NCBI GenBank assembly: GCA_964507855.1
Contig: CAZDQS010000005.1
Coordinates: forward strand, 6,599 to 70,598
DNA length: 64,000 nucleotides
Direction of reading: 5' to 3'
From: an uncultured Candidatus Saccharibacteria bacterium
GTDB lineage: Bacteria > Patescibacteriota > Saccharimonadia > Saccharimonadales > CAZDQS01
Shown: piece by piece, positions 56,000-64,000 of the stretch
How the letters are laid out: each line of letters opens with the position of its first letter
Numbering within the stretch: the stretch's first letter is position 1
The notes under the pieces: model-generated
Seen by the model: the letters and a program-made list of their open reading frames with translations, nothing else
The model's database searches: none
Told to the model about the DNA's origin: nothing
Made by a program: the position numbers and the translations under genes

Positions 56000-57312
56000 T
56001 ACTTCGGCTCGTTATCAATAAACTCGCGGCAAAAGTACTCAAAGACGGCATTCGTCCAGCCAAACCCAACCTGGGAAGGATAGACGCCCTCGACCGGCGG
56101 TTTGGTGCGATGCACGACATTGTACTTTTCCAAGAAAACACCGTGACGCTTGTGCCACGCCGTGTTGGTCTCAATCCACTTGAGCGCGATACGCTTAGCC
56201 GTCTCGTGGTAGCCATAGCGCCGCAGCCCCTCAACCACAAAGAAATGCAGCGGCGCCCAGCCGTTTGGATAGGCCCACTGGGTTTTGAGTGATCCGAAGA
56301 TACTCATGTCAATAATAGGCCGCATAGTCGTTGTGAGGCCGCCTTGGCGGTCAAAGCGCTTGAGGTTGTCGACCAAGCGTGCTGCCTGACCTTCAGTCAC
56401 CATGCCTGCCCACATCGGATAGTAGGCAGCCAGCGACCAGAAGTTGCCCTGCTCGTGCTTGACGAAATCATAGTCGAAGTAAAATCCCCGGACCTTCGCC
56501 CACATCAGCTCATTCATGACATCTTTACGATGGCTCGCCTTGCGCTGCCAGCGCTCAACGGCCTTTTTGTCACCGAGTATTTCTGCCGCGCGGGCAAAAT
56601 CCATCTCGTACTTATACAGCAGCGCGTTCAGGTCAACCGGCAAGTAATCCAGGCTTTTCCGCTGGAATCGCGGCGTCATATCCCAGCCGCTCTCTGCTTC
56701 TGCAAGGTCATGCAGCACATTGATGTCGTAGTAGCGGCTCAAGCCCTTATATACCAGCCGCCACTGCGGGTGGTGCGGGCTGGTCCAGACTGTCGAATAT
56801 TCTTTCTCGGCAACCTGGATACGCTCTTTTAGCCATTTGTCCGATTTGTTGAATGTCTCATACACGTGGAAGATAAAGGTAGTCAGAAGCGGCGGCTGCG
56901 AGCGGCTCGTGCTATACATGCGGCTTGCGTTCGGTATAAGCCCAAAACGGTTAAACAAATAGATAAGATTATCGAGCATGCCTTCGACAAGCCGCTCGTC
57001 CTTCGGATCGGTGTGGCTCAAAATCATAAAATAACTGTCCCAGTAGTACTGCTCGTCAAACAGGAACTCGCTCTTACCGGCCGATGGCACGAGATAACGG
57101 TGCGGCAAGCCAATCAGCGTGCCAGTGTCGTTATAATGCTCACGAATCAACTGCGGCCAGTACTCGCGGGCATACTTGCGGGCGCGCTGGATATCACGCA
57201 TCGTGACTTTCTTACTGCCCTTCAGGTACATCCTCACGTTCAACGAGGGCAACGACAGGACTGCCGGTACCTTGCGAGCATCATGAACGGCTTTTTTTAC
57301 TTTACTGAGCAT
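55999..57312 (-). CDS. treA: Alpha,alpha-trehalase (glycoside hydrolase family 37)
   Basis: 437 aa. The GH37 signatures are present: EQYYWDSYFM, SRSQPPLL and QWAYPNGWAPL. Confidence 0.88.
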   Translation of the reverse strand: MLSKVKKAVHDARKVPAVLSLPSLNVRMYLKGSKKVTMRDIQRARKYAREYWPQLIREHYNDTGTLIGLPHRYLVPSAGKSEFLFDEQYYWDSYFMILSHTDPKDERLVEGMLDNLIYLFNRFGLIPNASRMYSTSRSQPPLLTTFIFHVYETFNKSDKWLKERIQVAEKEYSTVWTSPHHPQWRLVYKGLSRYYDINVLHDLAEAESGWDMTPRFQRKSLDYLPVDLNALLYKYEMDFARAAEILGDKKAVERWQRKASHRKDVMNELMWAKVRGFYFDYDFVKHEQGNFWSLAAYYPMWAGMVTEGQAARLVDNLKRFDRQGGLTTTMRPIIDMSIFGSLKTQWAYPNGWAPLHFFVVEGLRRYGYHETAKRIALKWIETNTAWHKRHGVFLEKYNVVHRTKPPVEGVYPSQVGFGWTNAVFEYFCREFIDNEPK

Positions 57313-57434
57313 CTTACCTTCAGCTTAGGCCTCTGCCCGTGTAGGGTCAAGCCAAAGCGTAACTTTTTTTATATCAGGGGTTTTATAATACCGCTCCTGG
57401 CAAGCTTTGGCCACATGTATGGTTGTTAAGTGTT

Positions 57435-58496
57435 TTAAAAAGTCTTGTAGTAGCTCTCGGCGGTGGTCGTACAGGTCCCTTTGAGCGCCGCATCCTCAAG
57501 CGACTGACACAGTTCTAGCCCCTGCTGGTCGCTGTGGTAGTAGGATATAAAGTCTTTGACCGCTCCGATGAAGCAATATTCCTGCGCCTCAGCATTGGGG
57601 CCGAGGAGACAAAGCTCGCGCGTGCGATCGACATTGCTCGTCGTACTGCCAGAGACGTCGCGCCCGATACTTTGGTAGCACGTGGTGACGTACGAGCCGC
57701 CTACCGTACCGCATAGCTCGAATACTTTCTTGTAATCCTGGCCAAGCACATTGAGCGCATGGGACGTCTGCATGAGGTAGCATTGCTCCTTGTAACGGTC
57801 TTCAACGGCCGTGCACGGGTAGAGCGGGTCGTCGTCTTTAATGTAATCGGTGTCGTGGTCAGGGTTAATTTCGCTCATGACGTTTTCCATGAAGACGCCG
57901 CCATAGCAAGAGTCTTGCTCCCAGGTATCAGACAGGCGGTTACAGAGCTCGAGTGCCTGGAACAGCTCGTTATTCTTGACTAGCATGAGGCCATGCCCCA
58001 GACCGTGGACGCAATTGTAGTGATAGAAGCTATATCGTTCCTGCTCTGCTGCACCGTTACATATCGTGCCGACTTGCTCGATAAATTTAACGGCGCCAAT
58101 TTTTGCAGCCACACCCTCCATGACACCATGGTAATAACCCGACCAGCAGATGTTATCGCCGTGGTTATAGGCTTCAACCACGTTTTCGTACCGTTTTGCC
58201 GCGCTCCGACCAATAACGTGAGCTATCTGATGGCAGTCGCGTCGAACGTAGTTATCCTGTTCGTAGGCCTGCTTCATATCAGCAAATGCCGCTTCCGGCG
58301 AATCGTTAGTGACAATCGTCTCATAGCGTTTCTTCCAGCACTTGAATTCATCTGTACCAGCTGCTATGCAATCCACGAGAGTATATGTTGGCTGCTCTTT
58401 GTTCAGAGACAACCGCCACACAACACCACCCGCGACAACAGCCACCAAAGGCACCATCCACCAGAACTTTCTTGCTGTTCGGACTGCTCGCTTCAT
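57435..58496 (-). CDS. N-terminally anchored Cys-rich repeat protein of unknown function
   Basis: The start is taken at ATG 58496 (MKRAVRTARKFWWMVPLVAVVAGGVVW); the track ORF starts at 58595. Six or more spaced Cys-led helical-looking repeats are present: CHQIAHVIGR, CWSGYYHGVMEG, CVHGLGHGL, CYGGVFMEN, CYLMQTSH, CYQSIGRD and CFIGAVKD. Confidence 0.65.
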   Translation of the reverse strand: MKRAVRTARKFWWMVPLVAVVAGGVVWRLSLNKEQPTYTLVDCIAAGTDEFKCWKKRYETIVTNDSPEAAFADMKQAYEQDNYVRRDCHQIAHVIGRSAAKRYENVVEAYNHGDNICWSGYYHGVMEGVAAKIGAVKFIEQVGTICNGAAEQERYSFYHYNCVHGLGHGLMLVKNNELFQALELCNRLSDTWEQDSCYGGVFMENVMSEINPDHDTDYIKDDDPLYPCTAVEDRYKEQCYLMQTSHALNVLGQDYKKVFELCGTVGGSYVTTCYQSIGRDVSGSTTSNVDRTRELCLLGPNAEAQEYCFIGAVKDFISYYHSDQQGLELCQSLEDAALKGTCTTTAESYYKTF

Positions 58497-58567
58497 AGTA
58501 ATCAGTATACAACGATATGGTACTGTGATATTTCTCACTCCCTGTACTACGTATAATAAGAGGTGTA

Positions 58568-60340
58568 GTGCTTTACAGATTGTTCGCAACACCACCTTCG
58601 GACCTCGTCCTCCGTACCCGATGGTACATTCTTATTCGGTGGCTTTTGCTTGTTTCCGTAGCTGTCCCAGGAATTCTTTCGCTCTATATCGGCGAAGGAT
58701 GGAGCACGCAAGTACAACGTGATTCTTTACTTGCACTCGGCGCCATTGCGACCAACGCACTCTTCTATACCCTCTCAAGATTACGGGTCAATACGTACTA
58801 CTATCGCGGCCTTGCGGTCAGCATTATAGCTACGGATATCCTGTTGATTACCTATCTCGTCTTCACTAAAGGCGGCGTAGAGAGCAGGAGCCCTATTCTC
58901 TATGTCGTACCGATCCTCATGTCAGCCGCGATATTCGGTCGCTTCGCTATATACCGCACGGCTCTCACGGCCATCACTGCGTATGGCGCATTGGTGCTTG
59001 CGGATTACTCGGGCATCATAGATTCAATTGGCGCCGTCAACCCCAGGCTGCCAGAGCAATCCCCCTACATGCTCAACACCCTGGCCTTCTTTACCTCTGC
59101 ACTCCTCATCATTGCAGCCGTTGCAGACTTTATTACTAGGCAGTTAATCGAGAAAGAACGCCTGGCATCCGAAAGCCTGCAGGCGCTCGAGCGAGCGCAA
59201 GCAATCACAAAAGTCGGTAGCTGGGAATGGGACGTCATTAACGATCACTCGGTGTGCTCGGATGAGTTCTATCGCATCACCAACATACCTCGGGGCAAGG
59301 TCAGCCTCAAGACGTACCTCAAACGGGTACACCCGGATGATAGAGATATGGTCAAAGCAATAACTGACGAGGCCGTTACGAGCCGCCGGCCGTTCGGCTT
59401 CGACCACCGGATCTTGTTACCGAACCGCGCAATCAAGTATTTGCACACCGAGGGGCAGGTTATTACGGACAAACGCGGGAAGGTCGTGCGGGTGTTTGGC
59501 ACCACCCAAGACATCACTGCCGAGCGGGCACTCGACAAAGCAAAGGACGAGTTTGTTTCCCTGGCGTCGCATCAACTCCGCACGCCAGCCACGGGCGTCA
59601 AGACCTACATCTCCCTCCTCCTCGACGGATTCGCGGGAGAGCTCAGCCCAGAACAGCGAGACTTCATGATGCGCGCCTACCGCTCAAACGAACGCCAGTT
59701 GCATATTATTGACAGCCTGCTGAGTGTAGCCAGCATTGAGTCCGGCAAAATTTCCCTTAACAAAATGCCCGTTTCATTAAGCGAGATGGTTGAGGGCGTC
59801 GTTTCGGACAATGCTCGAATGTTTGAAGAGCGCAACCAAACAGTTGAGATCATCAAAAGCGCCCGCCCAGTCATCGCCGAGATAGACCCGAACCGCTTCC
59901 GCATGATATTGGACAATCTACTGTCTAACGCCAGCAAATACTCACCCGATAACAGCAAGATCACCGTCCAACTGGCAAGCCACGGCCGCAAAGCTTCGAT
60001 AACCGTGACTGATTACGGCATCGGCATTGCCAAGAAAGACCTGCCGAAACTATTCTTGAAATTCTCACGCATTAACAATCCGACCAGCACTGACACCGAG
60101 GGCAGCGGCCTCGGCCTGTACCTCGTGAAGTACCTCGTCAGCTTGCACGGCGGAAAGATCTCTGTCGTATCGCGACCCCGTCGCGGCAGCGCGTTCACCA
60201 TAACGCTGCCCAAATACATGCCCGCACGCCGCCAGAGCAAACCAGCAGAGACAAAAGGCCGTCTGGTAAAACACGGCACCCTCTCTGCAATGACGCTCAA
60301 AAACCCCCTCCACAGAAAAAACCACCGCAAAGTCAAATAG
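58568..60340 (+). CDS. Sensor histidine kinase (multi-TM sensor region, PAS, HisKA, HATPase_c)
   Basis: 590 aa with about 6 N-terminal TM helices. A PAS-like region is present (GSWEWDV...D.F..I.........HPDD). The H-box is FVSLASHQLRTPAT, the N-box is LSNASKYSP and the G-boxes are DYGIGI and GSGLGLYLV. No response regulator gene is adjacent. Confidence 0.9.
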   Translation: MLYRLFATPPSDLVLRTRWYILIRWLLLVSVAVPGILSLYIGEGWSTQVQRDSLLALGAIATNALFYTLSRLRVNTYYYRGLAVSIIATDILLITYLVFTKGGVESRSPILYVVPILMSAAIFGRFAIYRTALTAITAYGALVLADYSGIIDSIGAVNPRLPEQSPYMLNTLAFFTSALLIIAAVADFITRQLIEKERLASESLQALERAQAITKVGSWEWDVINDHSVCSDEFYRITNIPRGKVSLKTYLKRVHPDDRDMVKAITDEAVTSRRPFGFDHRILLPNRAIKYLHTEGQVITDKRGKVVRVFGTTQDITAERALDKAKDEFVSLASHQLRTPATGVKTYISLLLDGFAGELSPEQRDFMMRAYRSNERQLHIIDSLLSVASIESGKISLNKMPVSLSEMVEGVVSDNARMFEERNQTVEIIKSARPVIAEIDPNRFRMILDNLLSNASKYSPDNSKITVQLASHGRKASITVTDYGIGIAKKDLPKLFLKFSRINNPTSTDTEGSGLGLYLVKYLVSLHGGKISVVSRPRRGSAFTITLPKYMPARRQSKPAETKGRLVKHGTLSAMTLKNPLHRKNHRKVK

Positions 60341-60348
60341 CCGCTCGC

Positions 60349-60507
60349 CTATTCATCCTTTTTCTCAGGCACTTTACCACCCTCGCGGCGCGCCTTGTTC
60401 AAGCCTGCCGCCACCGCCTGCTTGCGGCTCTGGTACTTACCCTCATGCTTATGCTCGTGCATGGCCCGCTCTACTTCCTCTTGGGCCTTCTTGCCGTATT
60501 TTGCCAT
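60349..60507 (-). CDS. Small basic protein (52 aa), missed by the ORF track; resembles a widespread family of ~55-aa proteins that I recall as DUF6496 (unverified)
   Basis: Manual translation gives MAKYGKKAQEEVERAMHEHKHEGKYQSRKQAVAAGLNKARREGGKVPEKKDE. The ATG is at 60507-60505 and the TAG at 60351-60349. Confidence 0.6.
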   Translation of the reverse strand: MAKYGKKAQEEVERAMHEHKHEGKYQSRKQAVAAGLNKARREGGKVPEKKDE

Positions 60508-60576
60508 TGCAACCCTCCCGTTTCACGCCTTCATTGTGGTACAGAAAGCCACCATCCCTCAACTAGTTATTTCACA

Positions 60577-61014
60577 CTACGCACTGTACAGGCCGGTCAG
60601 CTCCGCAGCATCAAGTACCCGTCCTTCCATAGCCCGGTAGAGTTCACTGCGGGCTATACCCTCTTCAAGTCCAAGCATGTCGTCCAGCGCAAACAGCTTG
60701 AAGACATAGCGATGTGTCCCCGAAGGCGGCTGAGGACCCCCATAACCAAGCTCGCCGTAGTCATTCCTGCCCTGCTTGGCATCCTCAGGCACCTGCCCCT
60801 CCAGCACCTGCAGCGTGCCAGCCAGCATGTCGTAGAGAATCCAGTGAGTAAATATCTGTGCAAGCACGTCAGGGTCCTCAACAATAAGCGCCAGGCTGCG
60901 GGCTTCCACCGGCACTTCCGAGAACGTCAGAGGCGGATTAATATCCTCGCCATTACGACTGTACTTCGATGGGATATACTCCCCATCCTGGAAGGCCGTA
61001 CTGGTGATTGTCAT
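60577..61014 (-). CDS. PEBP/YbhB/YbcL-family (Raf kinase inhibitor-like) protein
   Basis: 145 aa. Contains AF.DGE.IP.KY, L.VEDPD, HW.LYD and GY.GP.PP.G.HRY.F.L.ALD. Confidence 0.9.
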   Translation of the reverse strand: MTITSTAFQDGEYIPSKYSRNGEDINPPLTFSEVPVEARSLALIVEDPDVLAQIFTHWILYDMLAGTLQVLEGQVPEDAKQGRNDYGELGYGGPQPPSGTHRYVFKLFALDDMLGLEEGIARSELYRAMEGRVLDAAELTGLYSA

Positions 61015-61115
61015 TCGGTTAGCCCCTTTTTACTACTCCTAGTATGGGTGTAACAGGGGCGAAAAGCTGTAGGCATTTTCACAGCTTGGTTTTATGCAGT
61101 TTTATGGTAAAACCA

Positions 61116-61144
61116 TTGAATATTATTATTTATTATGGTATAAT
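61116..61144 (+). promoter_or_regulatory. Sigma70-type promoter for the 61194 gene
   Basis: The -35 hexamer TTGAAT (61116-61121) is separated by a 17-nt spacer ending in TGg (an extended -10) from the -10 hexamer TATAAT (61139-61144). All of this lies in an AT-rich tract. A GGTGGAG Shine-Dalgarno sits about 10 nt before the ATG at 61194. Confidence 0.6.
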
Positions 61145-61193
61145 TTGCATGAATTATCTACGTCAATATACGTAGTGGTGGAGTAAATATTTA

Positions 61194-62162
61194 ATGTCCA
61201 GGATTCAAGCACAAGTACTTGATAGACCATGGTTGAAGCGGCCACCCGTCCGGCGCAGGCTAAAGACGGCTACGTTACGTATGCGCCGAACCATCAGGGT
61301 GCGCACAAGAAAGCTCAAATCCATGGTGCTTGGTTTTCTGCGCCGGCAATATTACCTCACCACTGCCGCAGCCGACGCACAAAAAGCCGTCAGGCGTAAC
61401 GAAGATATCTTTTTGGCTTCACTCCTGGCGGTATTGGGTTTGGGCTACTGTATGGCTTCCATCGCCTATGAAGTGCTGATTCTCTTCTTCAAAACTGCCT
61501 ATGACATCACAGCCATGACTGGCATCAGCATCCTGCTCCTGGCTATGCTTGCGCTCACCGCAATCACACCTCTAGCTGGCTGGATAGCAACATTTGCCTT
61601 CAATACCATGTCACTCGCCCTCATGGATGGCATGGTATTGAAAAAGCACCGCTCGGTGCGAAGCACATGGCGCAGGGCACTCCGCTACGCGCCCCGGGTT
61701 ACTGGCACATGGGCGCTCGTTCTCCTTATCGCCTTTGCACCCCTGCTGGCAGTTACTAGCATTGCTGTATCGTACATAAAAAGCTATGAGGTTCCCGTGG
61801 AAGCCGTCACAGAAATGCTGCCCGCGGCAGCCGTTATGGCAACTGCCTGGATTACTGCGGTACTCCTTAACTACAGTCTCGCGCCATACGTTGCGCTATT
61901 CGAACCGGGACTTCTGCAACGAGAAACGCTCAAGCGATCTCGCCAGCTCGTCCAGCGTCGCGGCCGCCTCTTCTTGCTGAGCGGCTATCTGCTGCTTGGA
62001 TTTGTGCTGCTGGCAATGTTCAATTTAGCGCTCCAGGCGAAACGCGCCTTTGGGTTCGACCACGGGATTATCTTTGCCTTCGGCACACTCATCACCATAA
62101 TCATAGCCAACGGCATCATGGTCGCCCTCTACCGCAAGCGCAAACTCGCCCGCATTAACTAG
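61194..62162 (+). CDS. Multi-pass membrane protein of unknown function with an Arg-rich N-terminus
   Basis: 322 aa. The basic N-terminal 60 aa are followed by about 6 TM helices. There is no a-subunit-type motif such as LRLFGN. Confidence 0.65.
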   Translation: MSRIQAQVLDRPWLKRPPVRRRLKTATLRMRRTIRVRTRKLKSMVLGFLRRQYYLTTAAADAQKAVRRNEDIFLASLLAVLGLGYCMASIAYEVLILFFKTAYDITAMTGISILLLAMLALTAITPLAGWIATFAFNTMSLALMDGMVLKKHRSVRSTWRRALRYAPRVTGTWALVLLIAFAPLLAVTSIAVSYIKSYEVPVEAVTEMLPAAAVMATAWITAVLLNYSLAPYVALFEPGLLQRETLKRSRQLVQRRGRLFLLSGYLLLGFVLLAMFNLALQAKRAFGFDHGIIFAFGTLITIIIANGIMVALYRKRKLARIN

Positions 62163-62185
62163 CGCCCAAACTAATGTGCACCTAT

Positions 62186-63103
62186 TCAGGCAGCCGCAGG
62201 ACTCTCTTGCTTAGCGTCGGCACCTGACTGCTCTACTCGAGCCTGGATATCCTGCCTGTATCGCACGAGTTCCTGGTCAAAGGCAGCAGGCGCTGCGCTG
62301 CGCAAACTTCGTAGCTTACGTATTTGCCGGACAGTATTCCTAAGATTCAGACCATATGAATGAAGCACAGAAAGGACTGGCTCTCGTATTACATCCATAC
62401 CTGCAGCAAGCATTCGGCGGCCAAAATCAGTATCCTCTCCTCCGTTGCCATATGCTTCATCATAGCCGCCCAGCTCCTTCCAGGCCCTCCTGGACACAAC
62501 CGATCTATGGGCAACCATCGTACCGCCCTCCCATTCTGATAGGAGAGTTGCCGGTGCTAGGCGCTTCTTTGTTCGTTGGAGCAGGGAGATAAGAAAGTCA
62601 CCAGGCGTTGCATTGACATCGGGCAAAGCTGCGCCGAAGGCACCGCCAAAATTTTCTCGCTGGTACCACCGCGTCAATCCTTTCAGCGTAAATTGGTTCG
62701 AGAGGTGAGAATGACCTACGAGTGTAAGCACATAAGGGTTCTCGGCCGCCTCAAAGCCAACATTCAACGAGTGTGCGTAATTAAAGGTTTCTTGTTTGAT
62801 CGGAACAATAGTAGCGCCATGGGCTCGGGCAATTTGACGTGTCTTGTCCGTTGAGTCAGTATCTACAAGCACCACGTGTACGGAGCCATCAAAAACCTGC
62901 TGACTTAGATCTGCAAACAACTCTTCAATTCGCCGGCCGTGATTACGCGTACGTATAAGTACGCTTACATCGGGATCGGGTACGCCAAGAGCTGCTTCGG
63001 CTGTCTCGCTCACCCTTTGCGTTAGTAAGCTGTAATATGTTTCGCCAACTAGGGGAGCGCGAGCAAACGCCTCTTCGTGCAATATGGCATTGTGGTGCCT
63101 CAT
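62186..63103 (-). CDS. Family 2 glycosyltransferase
   Basis: 305 aa. Contains VSVLIRTRN, VLVDTDSTDKT and a later acidic motif GGEDTDF, the GT-A fold pattern. Confidence 0.8.
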   Translation of the reverse strand: MRHHNAILHEEAFARAPLVGETYYSLLTQRVSETAEAALGVPDPDVSVLIRTRNHGRRIEELFADLSQQVFDGSVHVVLVDTDSTDKTRQIARAHGATIVPIKQETFNYAHSLNVGFEAAENPYVLTLVGHSHLSNQFTLKGLTRWYQRENFGGAFGAALPDVNATPGDFLISLLQRTKKRLAPATLLSEWEGGTMVAHRSVVSRRAWKELGGYDEAYGNGGEDTDFGRRMLAAGMDVIREPVLSVLHSYGLNLRNTVRQIRKLRSLRSAAPAAFDQELVRYRQDIQARVEQSGADAKQESPAAA

Positions 63104-63186
63104 ATTGCTACTATTTCATAATATTATACATATTGCAATAGTCATCGTTGTCTGACATCGTATGTTTTTAAGTCGCAACCCCCTCA

Positions 63187-63222
63187 CAAAAACAAGAAAA
63201 AACCTCATCTTCTAGGATGAGG
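63187..63222 (-). terminator. Rho-independent terminator of ssrA
   Basis: The minus strand reads CCTCATC-CTAGAA-GATGAGG followed by TTTTTTCTTGTTTTTG. It begins 10 nt after the tmRNA CCA end. Confidence 0.8.
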
Positions 63223-63231
63223 TGCTTTCTT

Positions 63232-63627
63232 TGGTGGAGCTGGCGGTAATTGCAACCGCGTCCGAAGGTTTATCTTGGTTAGTCTTCTACAGGCTTAGGT
63301 CATTTAATGTGTCTTTGGAATCCGCTCTTGAAATGACCAAAACAAGCGAGTTCCGCAGTCCGATAGTCTTATTCAAGGCCTATGGACAGGAGGCCTTGCG
63401 TAGCCAGATGATATGACACGCGCTATTCCTATCTGGTGTCGGCTTAGGCGTGGCTACAAGTAATTAAACTGCAGCTGTTGCGAAAGAAAGCTGAGGAGTG
63501 AAAACACTCGCTACAGCAGCCTTAACGCGAGTAAAAGCGTTTGCATTTACTAGGTTTGCCTATAACGCTGACAAGCGGCCTGCTGATCTAACCGATAAAG
63601 TCCTACGTCGAGCATAATTTCAGCCCC
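63232..63627 (-). ncRNA. ssrA: Transfer-messenger RNA (tmRNA, SsrA)
   Basis: On the minus strand the 5' end is GGGGCTGAAATTATGCTCGACGTAGGA and the 3' end is GGACGCGGTTGCAATTACCGCCAGCTCCACCA. The 7-bp acceptor stem has a G3-U70 wobble, which is the alanine identity element. A candidate tag ORF runs from GCA at 63544 to TAA at 63466-63464 and encodes ANAFTRVKAAVASVFTPQLSFATAAV. Confidence 0.9.
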
Positions 63628-63690
63628 AATACGTCATCTGCTACTCATCTGAGTAGCACCCCTATTATACCATGTTTATACTACTTATGT

Positions 63691-64000
63691 CTAGTGGCCC
63701 GCCGCGACAGATTCGTTGCGCTCCACATTCATGACATTCGGCAAGCGGGAAGCTACCAGAAAGGCAGCAAAGCTAAACAGACTGGTAAACATGATAGCCC
63801 GGCTGCTGGCAGCCGCAGATGATCGGTGGGCAATGTCATTAAGTTCGCGCTCAATCTCAGGTGACAACGCCGCGCCGGCATCATCACTCTGTACGCCACC
63901 AAATTCCACCTCCGACGCCCGCGCAGAGACTGCCTGCGCCATCGCGGCTTTCTGCTCGGCGGGAATAACATCGCTGGCATGAATGCCCGCCGACAAGCCA
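63691..64000 (-). CDS. C-terminal end of a membrane protein (possibly a transporter); the gene continues past the window end
   Basis: The frame is open to the window edge. A final hydrophobic helix (IMFTSLFSFAAFLVASRLP) is followed by a short tail. I cannot identify the family from this fragment. Confidence 0.4.
   Translation of the reverse strand, partial: GLSAGIHASDVIPAEQKAAMAQAVSARASEVEFGGVQSDDAGAALSPEIERELNDIAHRSSAAASSRAIMFTSLFSFAAFLVASRLPNVMNVERNESVAAGH

Overview
The window is compact and almost fully coding, at roughly 50-55% G+C by eye, with most genes on the minus strand and many 4-nt start/stop overlaps. The gene content suggests a reduced-genome monoderm bacterium, plausibly Patescibacteria/CPR and possibly Saccharibacteria; that assignment is inference only. 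Housekeeping genes I can call: uvrC (partial), trhO, rplY/ctc, dedA, uvrA, sbcB, obg, a LysM-CHAP hydrolase, mltG, ruvX, ftsA-like, alaS (short form), mnmA, atpFHAGDC, a class V cysteine desulfurase, tatD, metG, a GH37 trehalase, an orphan histidine kinase, a PEBP protein, a GT2 glycosyltransferase and tmRNA (ssrA). Three accessory regions stand out. (1) A ~21 kb surface-protein island (24.4-45.4 kb) holds a 2,099-aa DUF2341/LamG giant protein. Its C-terminal domain recurs in four smaller secreted proteins. Alongside are three DUF916/DUF3324-like tail-anchored proteins and two PKD-domain tail-anchored proteins, arranged as two mirror-image modules around alaS-mnmA. This resembles a highly diverged WxL/DUF916-type cell-surface complex locus and is my best candidate for an undescribed system. 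(2) A tandem array of four cohesin-like surface paralogs (11.7-17.1 kb). One carries a dockerin, and two share a tripartite C-terminal sorting-signal-like tail. (3) An isolated two-gene phage-tail-fibre-like cassette (2.0-3.9 kb). The atp operon also has no a or c subunit gene upstream of atpF. That position holds a secreted protein ending in a c-subunit-like hairpin without the carboxylate. No CRISPR array, integrase, transposase, rRNA or tRNA gene was found by eye.
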